From an uncultured bacterium (lineage in GTDB: Bacteria; Verrucomicrobiota; Kiritimatiellia; RFP12; UBA1067), in NCBI GenBank assembly GCA_902779565.1, contig CACZCD010000006.1, forward strand, positions 11,413 to 75,412: a DNA stretch of 64,000 bases, read 5' to 3'. This document shows positions 1-8,508 of this stretch, in pieces. Numbering within the stretch: the first letter of the stretch is position 1; each line of letters starts with the position of its first letter. Made by a program: the position numbers and the translations under genes. Below the pieces are notes generated by a model. That model saw nothing but the letters and a program-made list of their open reading frames with translations, was not told the DNA's origin and made no database searches.

Positions 1-270
1 GCGCAGCGTGTCCGCTGCGACGTATGCGTAAGCACGCGCACGCACCGCAACAGCCATGCCAGCCAGCTCCGCAAGGCGTGCGATCTTCACGCCGGACACC
101 GTGACGGCATACTGCGGGTTCGCCTTAAACGAGCGCAGCAGGTGCAGCAGGTACTTTGCAGCAAGCGAAGCGTTCGCGTTCATTTCTGCCCAGCCATCGT
201 CGGCGGGGTTCCACTTCCACGGCTGCGCCTTGCGCTTTGCCGTGCCTGTTTGCAGCTTCTTTTCCATGTG
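1..270 (-). CDS. hypothetical protein, 5'-partial at window edge (integrated element)
   Basis: Minus-strand ATG at 270 reads MEKKLQTGTAKRKAQPWKW... and runs off the window start; co-oriented with the other element genes; the + strand ORF 56..709 is Cys/Arg-rich junk. Confidence 0.35.
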
Positions 271-280
271 TTGCGTCTCC

Positions 281-718
281 TTACTTGCCGAGCATTTTCT
301 TTCGCGCCTGCTTGCGTGCAAGCATAAGCTCCTCGTTTTCGCGTTCCTGCTTTTCCGCTTCCAGCCGTTCGCGTTCCGCCCGTGCTGCCGCCAGCCGTTC
401 GCGTTCCGCCTGTGCTGCCGCTTCCGCCTTGCGCAGCCGTTTCGTCTCGGCTGCGATCTCTGCGGGTGTCATCTTGCGGAAGTCAATGAAACGCAAGCCG
501 CAATGCTTGCATTTGCCGATGGAGATTGCAGCGTTTACCCGTTCGCTCATTTCATACCGGGTCGCCTTCACCACTTGCCAATTACCGCGTTTGCAGCCGG
601 GGCATTTCGCGCTGCTGCCGCGTTTCTCAATCTTCGCGTCCGTTCGTGTCCGTGCCATTGCCTTTCCCTCCTGTCTATGCGCACGCCCTGCCGCGTGCAA
701 ATGCGTTGACCGATTCAA
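281..718 (-). CDS. zinc-ribbon (CPGC...CKHC) plus coiled-coil protein; alternative start at 658
   Basis: ORF track 281..718; two CxxC pairs; Ala/Glu/Arg-rich coiled coil; contains a 30-bp tandem duplication at about 361-420. Confidence 0.5.
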   Translation of the reverse strand: MNRSTHLHAAGRAHRQEGKAMARTRTDAKIEKRGSSAKCPGCKRGNWQVVKATRYEMSERVNAAISIGKCKHCGLRFIDFRKMTPAEIAAETKRLRKAEAAAQAERERLAAARAERERLEAEKQERENEELMLARKQARKKMLGK

Positions 719-959
719 GCGTCACGCGGGTTGAACCCAGCAGCGGCACCGTTTCAAGTTTGCCGCTCCTAACAAGCTGGTAAACCGTTGACCGGGAAAC
801 GCCGAGACGCTTTGCCGCGTCCGTGTGTGTTAGCAGCCTGTTTTCCCGTTCCGCACTCGCGGGTCGGGTGTCGCTGCCGTCCAATATAGCGTCAATGCGT
901 GAAAGCTGCGCCGGGTTCGCCGCAAGCATTTTCTGCATTCGCTCTGTTGCGTTCATCAT
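675..959 (-). CDS. excisionase/AlpA-like HTH DNA-binding protein
   Basis: Internal start MMNATER; HTH segment LLTHTDAAKRLGVSRSTVYQLVRSGKLETV typical of the excisionase/MerR-like HTH_17 family. Confidence 0.55.
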   Translation of the reverse strand: MMNATERMQKMLAANPAQLSRIDAILDGSDTRPASAERENRLLTHTDAAKRLGVSRSTVYQLVRSGKLETVPLLGSTRVTLESVNAFARGRACA

Positions 960-1182
960 GTTTTGCTCCTTTGCATTATTGCACGCACACACGCGGCACC
1001 GCACCGCGATTGCTTGCGCACGCGGACAATATAGCACAGCGCAAGCAATGTAAAATCATTTTGGCGTATGTTGGCGCAAATGGCGCGTATGCGGCACAAA
1101 AAAAACGGGGTCGGCTCCCAATGCCGAACCCCGCCGACGCTCTGCGCGTCTTTCCGTACGGTTGACCTTTCGTTCGTACAAG

Positions 1183-1830
1183 CTACTTGAAATCAAGCGG
1201 GAACTTATACAGCGCACGCGCTTGCTTTGCCGGGGGCAAATTGCTGTCGCCGTTGCCCTTGCGCATTACGGGCTTTTTCGGTTCCGCAGCCTTAAACCTG
1301 CGCCGCACCGTGCGCACGCTGCATTGCAGCCGCTGCGCAACCTCGCCAATCGTCAACCATTCCGCGCCCTGTATCTCGTCCGCTTCAATGCGTTTCATAA
1401 GCCGATAGCATTGCGCCTCGGCTTCGCGCAGCTGCTCCCGTGCGTGCGCCAGCTCTGCGCCTATGGTTTGCGCCATGCTTGCCATGTCCTGCGCATGGTC
1501 TTCGCGCTCTGCCGCAAGCTGCGCTTCAAGCCCTGCCGCCCTGCGTGCCATGCGCAACGCCTCGCGGGGTCGCAGCGGTCGCGGCACCGGGTGCCCGTTC
1601 TCTTCCGCGTCCGCAACCTCCGCCGCACGCGCTTGCATGAACTCTGCGCCCATGATGTCGGCACGGTACAGCTTGCCGCGTCTGCTTGCGCGTGCGTGCG
1701 CCTTGCGCTCCGTCTCGCGCACCTGCGCAACGGTACAGCCGCGCACCTGCGCAAGCTTGCGCTCCGCCTTGCGTGCTTGCGCCGGGGTTGTCCGTGCAAG
1801 CGTTGTTTTTCCGTTCTTCGGTTTTTTCAT
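1183..1830 (-). CDS. hypothetical phage-like protein with C-terminal HTH
   Basis: 215 aa, basic N-terminus, coiled coil, C-terminal WLTIGEVAQRLQCSVRTVRRRF HTH. Confidence 0.5.
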   Translation of the reverse strand: MKKPKNGKTTLARTTPAQARKAERKLAQVRGCTVAQVRETERKAHARASRRGKLYRADIMGAEFMQARAAEVADAEENGHPVPRPLRPREALRMARRAAGLEAQLAAEREDHAQDMASMAQTIGAELAHAREQLREAEAQCYRLMKRIEADEIQGAEWLTIGEVAQRLQCSVRTVRRRFKAAEPKKPVMRKGNGDSNLPPAKQARALYKFPLDFK

Positions 1831-1854
1831 TGCTGGTTCCTCCTGTGTTGTCTG

Positions 1855-3633
1855 TTAGTGATTGTTCCGGCTGCGCAGCGCGTTTGCGCCGCTTGCCCTG
1901 ATAAGCTTTTCACGCGCTGCCTTTGGCATTGCCGCCAGCAGCAGCAGCACAGCCCGTGCGGGGTCTGCGTCCGCTTCCACGCCAGCCGCACGCATTACGG
2001 CTTCCGCCGTCGCCTCGTCTGCCGTCAACTGCCTTGCTGCGCCTCCTTCAAGCACGGTGCCCGACATCTGCTTGCGCACGCGCTCCGCTTCGCTTTCCTT
2101 GGTCGGGTTGAAATAGTTGTCAAGCGTTGTTTCAACATCGCCATGACCGACGATCTTGCGCACCTTCTCCGCAGGTACTCCCGCCTGTATCGCAAGCACG
2201 ACAAATGTGTGCCGCAGGTTGTGCCAGCCGAGCAGCGAGGCGGCATACTTGCCGACCGTGCGCCGCTGCCGCGTGCGCTCCGTCAAGTCGGCAGCGGAAG
2301 GGGCACGCCCCCGGCTGCGCATACCTTCAACGCGGGGTCGGTATGTCTCGCCCGTGATAGCTTCAAGCTCTTTCAGATAATTTGAAACCTGCCCCCGCGC
2401 AATGCCCATGCCCTCCGCAATCTTCACGCACGCCTCGCCGCTCCTGTGGCGTGCGTAAACCTCGCGCAGCCGCGCAGCCTTGCCCGGCGCGAACCGTGCG
2501 CCGTCAATGAGCTTCGCCACGGCTGCCGCTTCAAGCGGCTTCTCGTCCTTCAAGCGTGCGGGTGCCGGTTCCTCCTCCGTGAACACGGCACGCGCAAAGT
2601 AAGGTTTAACCATGCGCACAAGCCCCGTGCGCTGGTCGGGATAGCCTTTCGCGTTCGCGTGATTGTACCTTGCTGCGGCTGCGGGGAAGACATACGGCGA
2701 ATCATTCACGGCGTGCTTTGCCTCGCGCTCCTCCAGCACGGCACGCAGCCGGGCGAAGATCGGGATTGTCACGCGCACGCCAGCTTTCGCCGTTATGCAG
2801 TCTATCACGCCCCCTTGCAGGTCAATGTCGCCCCATTTCAGATTGCACACATCACCGAGGCGCATACCCGTGCAAGCAGCGCAAACCACAAGCTCATGCA
2901 GCGCAGGGCGTTCCTCCGTCACTTCAAACAGCCGCGCAAGCTCCGCCTCCGTCAGCGGTCGGCGTTCCACCTTCGCGCCGTCCTTCTCGCCCCTGCGCAG
3001 CACAATGCCCTCAAACGGGTTGCGCCCCGCGTATGCGTGCCAGCGCGTCCACGCCTTGGAGACGAGGTGCCATTGGTCTTTTACTGTGCCCCACGCATAG
3101 GTCGTGCGCAGCTCCTCAAACCATGCCGCAGCAAGTTCGGGCGTTATCTCGTCAAGGGTGTCGCACGCGCCCCCATGCTCCGAGCAATAAGCCCTTGCGA
3201 ACTTTGCGAACCGATTGAAGGTCGCGCCAGCAATGCGCTTGCGCTCCGCCGTCGGCTCGTAGTTCCGCGCCAGCCCCGTCCACAGGTCAAGCAGCCCCGC
3301 CAGCTTCGGGCTTTCAATCGCCTTGCCCGTCCGCGCAATGTGATACCGATTGACAAGATCGGCTTCCTCCGCCTGCCGCACCGCCTCCGTTTTGCCCGTG
3401 GTCTTCGCCGCCGTCTGCATTTTGGCAAGCGCAGCAAGCGCAGCCTTGCGCGACCGCTCAAAATCCGCGTTGCCCTTCGCCGCAAGGTCAATGCGCCCGT
3501 CCGCGTCAAGCGGCAGCGTGCCGCGTATCGGCACGCGCAAGGGCACATTCACCTTTTGCCCGTTGCGGGTGAAACGCGCATACCATGTGTCGCGGTATCC
3601 GCCTTTCCCGTCTGTCATAATCTTCAAGCCCAT
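1855..3633 (-). CDS. int: site-specific tyrosine recombinase (phage integrase), unusually long
   Basis: C-terminal catalytic region HNLRHTFVV...GHGDVETTLDNYFNP (R..HxxR..Y motif); start refined to MGLKIMTDGKGG at 3633 with an AGGAG RBS 7 nt upstream; ORF track extends to 3720. Confidence 0.85.
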   Translation of the reverse strand: MGLKIMTDGKGGYRDTWYARFTRNGQKVNVPLRVPIRGTLPLDADGRIDLAAKGNADFERSRKAALAALAKMQTAAKTTGKTEAVRQAEEADLVNRYHIARTGKAIESPKLAGLLDLWTGLARNYEPTAERKRIAGATFNRFAKFARAYCSEHGGACDTLDEITPELAAAWFEELRTTYAWGTVKDQWHLVSKAWTRWHAYAGRNPFEGIVLRRGEKDGAKVERRPLTEAELARLFEVTEERPALHELVVCAACTGMRLGDVCNLKWGDIDLQGGVIDCITAKAGVRVTIPIFARLRAVLEEREAKHAVNDSPYVFPAAAARYNHANAKGYPDQRTGLVRMVKPYFARAVFTEEEPAPARLKDEKPLEAAAVAKLIDGARFAPGKAARLREVYARHRSGEACVKIAEGMGIARGQVSNYLKELEAITGETYRPRVEGMRSRGRAPSAADLTERTRQRRTVGKYAASLLGWHNLRHTFVVLAIQAGVPAEKVRKIVGHGDVETTLDNYFNPTKESEAERVRKQMSGTVLEGGAARQLTADEATAEAVMRAAGVEADADPARAVLLLLAAMPKAAREKLIRASGANALRSRNNH

Positions 3634-3807
3634 TTTCTGCTCCTGTTCGTTTTGTGCCGTTCGCCGTTGACTCGCGCTCGGCGGTGTGATAAACTGTTTG
3701 CCATGAGAAACACTATACAATATCGGTCAACGCCGCACATAATAACACATCGCGTCGGCAAACGCAACTCCAAAAGGGGGCACAAATGGGGGGCACGGCG
3801 AATGTTA

Positions 3808-3825
3808 TAGCGCGTTATAACGCGC
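3808..3825. promoter_or_regulatory. 18-bp perfect palindrome AGCGCGTTATAACGCGCT between the integrase start and the tRNA-like fragment
   Basis: Seen directly; candidate operator or recombinase core site. Confidence 0.4.
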
Positions 3826-3854
3826 TTTTGCAAGGGCTTTCCCGTGTTAGCGTA

Positions 3855-3904
3855 CCGCTTTCGCAACGTGGGGGTCGAGAGTTCGAATCTCTTCTTCTCC
3901 ACCA
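3855..3904 (+). other. tRNA-Ala(CGC)-like 3' half (anticodon arm, T-arm, acceptor 3' strand with U70, A73, CCA); putative att site of the integrated element
   Basis: T-arm GAGAG-TTCGAAT-CTCTT, acceptor CTTCTCC-A-CCA, anticodon loop TTCGCAA; no compatible 5' acceptor strand or D-arm found upstream, so not a complete tRNA. Confidence 0.5.
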
Positions 3905-4486
3905 TTTGAAAAGGTGGCAGAGTTCCAATTCCGGAACCGCCGCCTTTCTTGTTTTTAAGTGCGTATGGGATATTGAAATGCGTGCTTGGTTCTGGATTGT
4001 GGGTTGTAGTGTTGGTTATGGGTTTGCCTGTCAGTATGCGGCGGCATTCCCCGCCCAGCACATTCGGTCAGCGCTGAGCTTGGCTGTGGCCGTCTCGGCG
4101 GCGCACGCGGCGCCTTGCGGCCCCTTTGGGCGCTTCGCTTCGCTCGCGGCTGCCCTCCGCTTCGCTCCGGCGCATTTCCGGCGTCGGCGGGTTCCTGCGG
4201 GGCGCCGCGTCCGTATGCGGCGCGATCTGCCGTCGCCCGGCTCGGTCGGAATACCTCCCATCGCCGGATCGGCGGCACCTCGCTTGCCTCCGTCCGCGTC
4301 ACCCGCCGTCACCACCTCTGCCTCGTGTCGCCGCCTCGCCGTCCCGCTCCGCTCATTCGAAGCAGCACATCAGTATGGAATAAAATTCGATTAGCGCAAA
4401 GCTCACGCAGGGCGGCGGATGCCGCCCTGAATTTAGCGGAGTGAGGGGTGAGTGGTGGGATGCTTCGAGGGAAACCCGGAACGCGG

Positions 4487-4583
4487 CATGGCATTCGGTG
4501 CGCATGAGCCGCCACGGACGCGGCAGGAGCCGCGCCCGTGCCGAGCGAATCCCCACTGACAAGGCGCACCGACGAATGCCGCC
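4487..4583 (+). repeat. 95-bp structured dispersed repeat, copy A
   Basis: About 90% identical to the reverse complement of 58549-58640; long-range stem GGCATTCGGTGCGC / GCGCACCGACGAATGCC enclosing nested GC-rich hairpins. Confidence 0.8.
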
Positions 4584-4619
4584 GTGTCACGGAGCGGTGG
4601 GTATTGCGTGAGGGCGCGA

Positions 4620-4640
4620 TTTTCGGTATAATAGGCGGCA
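4620..4640 (+). promoter_or_regulatory. efp promoter, -10 GGTATAAT
   Basis: TATAAT 40 nt upstream of the AAGGAG RBS and ATG. Confidence 0.45.
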
Positions 4641-4670
4641 AATTTCATTCAAACAGATAAGGAGCAAAAA

Positions 4671-5246
4671 ATGGGCGAAGTCATCGGCGCGGGCGAACTG
4701 CACAAAGGCGTCAAACTCTTGATCGACGGGGAACCGTGGGAAATAACGGAGTTTGATTTCTCGAAGCCAGGCAAGGGCCAGGCCATCTACAACTGCAAGC
4801 TGCGCAACATGATCACGGGCGGCGGCATGAGCCGCAGCTACCGTTCGGGCGACAAGTTCGAGAAGCCGGAGTTGATCCAGCGCGACGTCACGTATTCGTA
4901 CGACGACGGCACCGCGTACGTGTTCACGGACGAGAACTTCGAGGAGATCCGCGTGTCGGCGGACGTGATGGGCGACAAGAAGTACTTCCTGATGGACGAG
5001 ATGGAGGTCTCCGCGCTCTTCTTCAATGACAAGGTGATCGGCGTCGCCCTACCGCAGCTTGTGACGCGCAAGGTCATCAAGGTCGAGCCGGGCGTGAAGG
5101 GCAATACCGCCTCCGGCAAGGTTACGAAGCCGGCGACGGTCGAAGGCGGCTATACGCTTGCGGTCCCGCTCTTCATCAACGAAGGCGACATCATCCGCAT
5201 CAACACCGAGACCGGCGAATACAACGACCGGACGGCGACGAAGTAG
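4671..5246 (+). CDS. efp: elongation factor P
   Basis: 191 aa; KPGKGQA loop and overall EF-P pattern. Confidence 0.95.
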   Translation: MGEVIGAGELHKGVKLLIDGEPWEITEFDFSKPGKGQAIYNCKLRNMITGGGMSRSYRSGDKFEKPELIQRDVTYSYDDGTAYVFTDENFEEIRVSADVMGDKKYFLMDEMEVSALFFNDKVIGVALPQLVTRKVIKVEPGVKGNTASGKVTKPATVEGGYTLAVPLFINEGDIIRINTETGEYNDRTATK

Positions 5247-5255
5247 GTTAAGAAG

Positions 5256-6200
5256 ATGAAGGTGTTTGTGACAGGTGGCGCCGGGTTCATCGGTAGCCAT
5301 ACATGCGTTGAGCTTCTGAATGCGGGACATGAGGTCGTCGTGGTGGACAACCTCTGCAACTCGTCGAAGGAGTCGCTGCGGCGGGTCCGGAAGATCACGG
5401 GGAAGACCGTTAAGTTCTACAAGGCGGACATCCGGGACGAGAAGCGTTTGGACAAGATCATCGGCGCGGAGGCGCCGTTCGATGCGACCATCCATTTCGC
5501 CGCCCTGAAAGCCGTCGGCGAGTCGGTGCAGATTCCGCTCAAGTACTACCAGAACAATCTTGGCGGCACGTTCACGCTCCTGAAGGTCCTGGCCGCGCAC
5601 GGCTGCAAGAACATCGTGTTCTCGTCGAGCGCCACCGTCTATGGCCAGCCGCAGTCCGTGCCGATCCGCGAAGACTTCCCCACACCCGGCTGCACGAATC
5701 CGTACGGCTGGACGAAGCTGATGATGGAGCAGGTGTTCAAGGACGTGCAGAAGGCCGATCCGTCGTGGAACGTGATCCTGCTGCGCTACTTCAACCCCAT
5801 CGGCGCCCACGAGAGCGGACTCATCGGCGAGGATCCCGCCGGCATCCCCAACAACCTGCTGCCGTATGTCGCGCAGGTGGCGATCGGCCGCCTCAAGGAG
5901 CTTTCCGTTTTCGGCAACGACTATCCGACGCCTGATGGCACGGGCGTGCGCGACTACATCCATGTGGTCGATCTCGCCAACGCCCATCTGAAGGCGGTCG
6001 AGAAGCTCGGCAAGGTGAAGAAGTACGGTCTCAAGATCATCAATCTTGGGACGGGCAACGGGTACTCCGTGCTCCAGATCGTCAAGGCCTTCGAGAAGGC
6101 GAGCGGACGGAAGGTGCCGTATGTCATCAAGCCGCGCCGTTCCGGCGATGTAGCCGAGTGCTGGGCCGTCCATGAATCCGTATGGGTTCAAGAAAGTTGA
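5256..6200 (+). CDS. galE: UDP-glucose 4-epimerase; C-terminus shorter/divergent than typical
   Basis: GGAGFIGSH Rossmann motif, YxxxK, NPIGAH, characteristic GalE pattern; ends about 25 aa early after AECWA. Confidence 0.85.
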   Translation: MKVFVTGGAGFIGSHTCVELLNAGHEVVVVDNLCNSSKESLRRVRKITGKTVKFYKADIRDEKRLDKIIGAEAPFDATIHFAALKAVGESVQIPLKYYQNNLGGTFTLLKVLAAHGCKNIVFSSSATVYGQPQSVPIREDFPTPGCTNPYGWTKLMMEQVFKDVQKADPSWNVILLRYFNPIGAHESGLIGEDPAGIPNNLLPYVAQVAIGRLKELSVFGNDYPTPDGTGVRDYIHVVDLANAHLKAVEKLGKVKKYGLKIINLGTGNGYSVLQIVKAFEKASGRKVPYVIKPRRSGDVAECWAVHESVWVQES

Positions 6201-6222
6201 GCGTTGAGGGGCGAGTTGAGGG

Positions 6223-6855
6223 TTGGACATTTACGATCAGATACTTGAGAACCTCGAGCTGGAACGGGAGCTCGGTACGCGTACGGTCGAGATCGACCGT
6301 GCGCTTCTTTTGCCGCCCAAGCCAGAATCCGCCTCCGCTGAACCCGCGGCGGACAAGTCGGCGAGCAAGCCCGAGACCCCCACACCGCAACCCGCGGCCA
6401 TCAGCCCACAACCTGCGGTACCATCCCCGCAACCCGTTGTGGCGACACCGGTCGCATCAACCCCGTCTGCTCCGTCGCCTGCTGCGCCGAATTCGTCCGG
6501 TGGCTGTGATATCGCGTTCCTGACGGGACGTCCGCTTTCGCCGGCGGGGGCAGAGGCGATGGCGAAGACCTTCGCGGCGATGAAGCGGATCAAGCCGGAT
6601 ATCCAGGTGGCGCTCAATGAAAGCCGAAAGTCACGCGTGATCGTTCTCCTGGGTTCCGATGCTTTGAAGAAGCTGTTGCCGACCGCGCGCCCGGTCCGCG
6701 GACAATGGATTCAGATCAATGGGGTGCCGGCCATGATGACATTCTCCCCCGATTACATCTTTTCCCATTTTCAGGCGGGTTCGCCGCATGAGCGGCAGGC
6801 CAAGAGCGAGATGTGGGAGGATATCAAGTCCGCCCTCGCGCGTCTCCACGTTTGA
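6223..6855 (+). CDS. hypothetical protein with Pro/Ala-rich linker and a C-terminal domain of possible UDG-superfamily fold
   Basis: 210 aa; PQPAAISPQPAVPSPQP low-complexity stretch; weak resemblance only. Confidence 0.45.
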   Translation: MDIYDQILENLELERELGTRTVEIDRALLLPPKPESASAEPAADKSASKPETPTPQPAAISPQPAVPSPQPVVATPVASTPSAPSPAAPNSSGGCDIAFLTGRPLSPAGAEAMAKTFAAMKRIKPDIQVALNESRKSRVIVLLGSDALKKLLPTARPVRGQWIQINGVPAMMTFSPDYIFSHFQAGSPHERQAKSEMWEDIKSALARLHV

Positions 6856-6899
6856 TCGCTTTGACCGTCTTCGCAGGGCGGTTCAACCCGTAGCTGCGG

Positions 6900-6920
6900 A
6901 AGTATGGTAGAATACGCGCC
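6900..6920 (+). promoter_or_regulatory. extended -10 promoter TATGGTAGAATACGCGCC for the SPFH operon
   Basis: Matches the recurring TGGTAtAAT-ACGCGCC motif. Confidence 0.4.
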
Positions 6921-6963
6921 GAAACGTTTTAGGGTTTCAGGGTTTCACATAACGGAGAACAAG

Positions 6964-8508
6964 ATGGCACAGAAGACGATAGGCGCCGCTGTGGGCGCGT
7001 GCGCGTTTGCGGCGCTTGTGGTGCTGCCGCTGTGGATATGGTACGGCTGGCGGATCGAGCCGGAGAACGGGCAGATCGCAATCCTGCTGAAAAAGACAGG
7101 GCGCAATCTGCCGCCCGAGGCGATTCTCGCCCCCGGGCCGGAGTACAAGGGCATTCAGGAGGAAGTGCTTCCAGAGGGCCGCCACTTCCGGAATCCTTGG
7201 ACGTGGGAATGGCATTACGCGAAGATGGTGGATATTCCCGCCGGAAAGTTCGGCGTGTTGGTGCGCAAGTTCGGCAAGGACCTTCCGGAGGGTGAGATCC
7301 TCGCGCGCGACGGCACGCGCGGCATTCTGCGCGATGTGCTCGGTACCGGCAAGCACCGCATCAACCCTTACGCCTACGATGTGAAGGTGTATGACGACAT
7401 CACCATCAAGCCCGGCCATGTGGGGGTTGTCACGGAGTTGACGGGTGACGATATCCTTGCCGCAGGAGGTGCCAAGGCACCCGAGACCGGATCCGGTTTC
7501 CTCGTGAAGCCGGGCGCAAAGGGAGTCTCTCCCCGCATACTCAAGGAGGGCACGCACCGGCTCAACCCGTTCGTCTATTCCGTTTCGATCGTGAACATCC
7601 AAAGTCAGCGGTTCGAGCTGAGCGGGGCGGACGCGATCTCGTTCCTCACGCTCGACGGCTTCACGGTGAACGCCGAGGGCACGCTTGAGTTCAACATCGA
7701 CGTTGACAAGGTGGCGCTCCTTTCGCATGAGGTGGGTGACATGGACGACATCCTGCAGAAGATCGTCCTGCCGGCGGCACGCGGCTTCTCGCGCATTGAG
7801 GGCAGCAAGAAGAACGCCACGGAGTTCATCGTGGGCGAATCGCGCCAGGCGTTCCAGAACTCGCTGGAGAAGTACCTGAAGGACGTCTGCAAGCCGTGGG
7901 GCGTGTCGCTCAACTCCGTGCTGATCCGCGACATCTTCGCGCCGCAGGAGGTGGCGGCGATCATCCGCCAGCGCGAGCTCGCCGTGCAGGAAGGGCTCAA
8001 GATCGAGCAGCAGATCGTGCAGGCGAAGTCCCAGGCCGAGCTTGAGAAGCAGAAGGCGCTCGCGGCGCAGAACAGCGCGCGTGTCGCCGCCAACACGAAG
8101 TCCATCCAGGCGAAGATCGCCGCCGAACAGGCGAGCGTGGAGAAGGTGGTCGCCGCCCAGACGCAGCTGGAGGTGGCCGAGCGCGAACTGAAGGCCGCGC
8201 AGGCCGATGCCACCGCGAAGCTGACGGTGGCCGAGGCTGAGCGCAAAGTGGTGGAGGTGCGTACCGTGGCTGAGGCGGATGTGCTGAAGCAGGAGGTCGC
8301 GGCTTACGGCGGTGAAGCCAACTACGTGCGGGCGAAGCTGTACGAGAAGACCGCTCCGCGTCTGCGCGACGTGGTGACGGGTGATTCGCCGGGCGAGATA
8401 TTCGGTCTGCCGATTCGGGGAACGGGGAATGGGGAACGGGAAACGGGGAACGGGAGATCTCAATCCCCAACTCCCAACTCGCAACCCATGAAAGGAGGTG
8501 CGAAATGA
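6964..8508 (+). CDS. SPFH/band-7 (flotillin-like) membrane protein with triplicated N-terminal beta module and C-terminal coiled coil
   Basis: N-terminal TM, three repeats of the G..ILA..G...GV.....G.H..NP pattern, SPFH-like core, long Ala/Glu/Lys coiled coil; start refined to MAQKT with a GGAG RBS; C-terminal tail encoded by a G-rich tract. Confidence 0.8.
   Translation: MAQKTIGAAVGACAFAALVVLPLWIWYGWRIEPENGQIAILLKKTGRNLPPEAILAPGPEYKGIQEEVLPEGRHFRNPWTWEWHYAKMVDIPAGKFGVLVRKFGKDLPEGEILARDGTRGILRDVLGTGKHRINPYAYDVKVYDDITIKPGHVGVVTELTGDDILAAGGAKAPETGSGFLVKPGAKGVSPRILKEGTHRLNPFVYSVSIVNIQSQRFELSGADAISFLTLDGFTVNAEGTLEFNIDVDKVALLSHEVGDMDDILQKIVLPAARGFSRIEGSKKNATEFIVGESRQAFQNSLEKYLKDVCKPWGVSLNSVLIRDIFAPQEVAAIIRQRELAVQEGLKIEQQIVQAKSQAELEKQKALAAQNSARVAANTKSIQAKIAAEQASVEKVVAAQTQLEVAERELKAAQADATAKLTVAEAERKVVEVRTVAEADVLKQEVAAYGGEANYVRAKLYEKTAPRLRDVVTGDSPGEIFGLPIRGTGNGERETGNGRSQSPTPNSQPMKGGAK
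8417..8455 (+). repeat. G-quadruplex-type tract (GGGGAAY)n in-frame at the 3' end of SPFH gene 1, followed by a C-rich tract
   Basis: GGGGAACGGGGAATGGGGAACGGGAAACGGGGAACGGG, encoding GTGNGERETGNG. Confidence 0.8.

Noticed and set aside
56-709. + strand ORF of 217 aa overlapping the minus-strand element genes
   Set aside because: Cys/Arg/Phe-rich with no motif. The antisense frame (281..718 minus, and the partial 1..270 minus) gives protein-like sequence with Zn-ribbon and HTH features.
3786-3904. Complete tRNA or tmRNA (ssrA) ending at the CCA at 3904
   Set aside because: Only the 3' half folds. No D-arm or matching 5' acceptor strand within 76-95 nt. The GGGGGGC at 3788 would give a 117-nt molecule with a 40-nt insertion, which is too short for tmRNA and has no tag ORF.
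5049-6230. Long antisense ORFs inside recognisable genes (e.g. 5049..6230 -, 6937..8553 -, 19940..21619 -, 22867..24735 -, 40066..41427 -, 58545..60341 -)
   Set aside because: Typical high-GC antisense open frames. The sense strand carries clear family signatures (galE, SPFH, AcrB, kinase, MsbA, SBP).
6223-6855. Uracil-DNA glycosylase (family 4) annotation for the C-terminal domain
   Set aside because: Only loose spacing similarity. The catalytic GEAPG and HPSPL motifs are absent, so it is kept as hypothetical.
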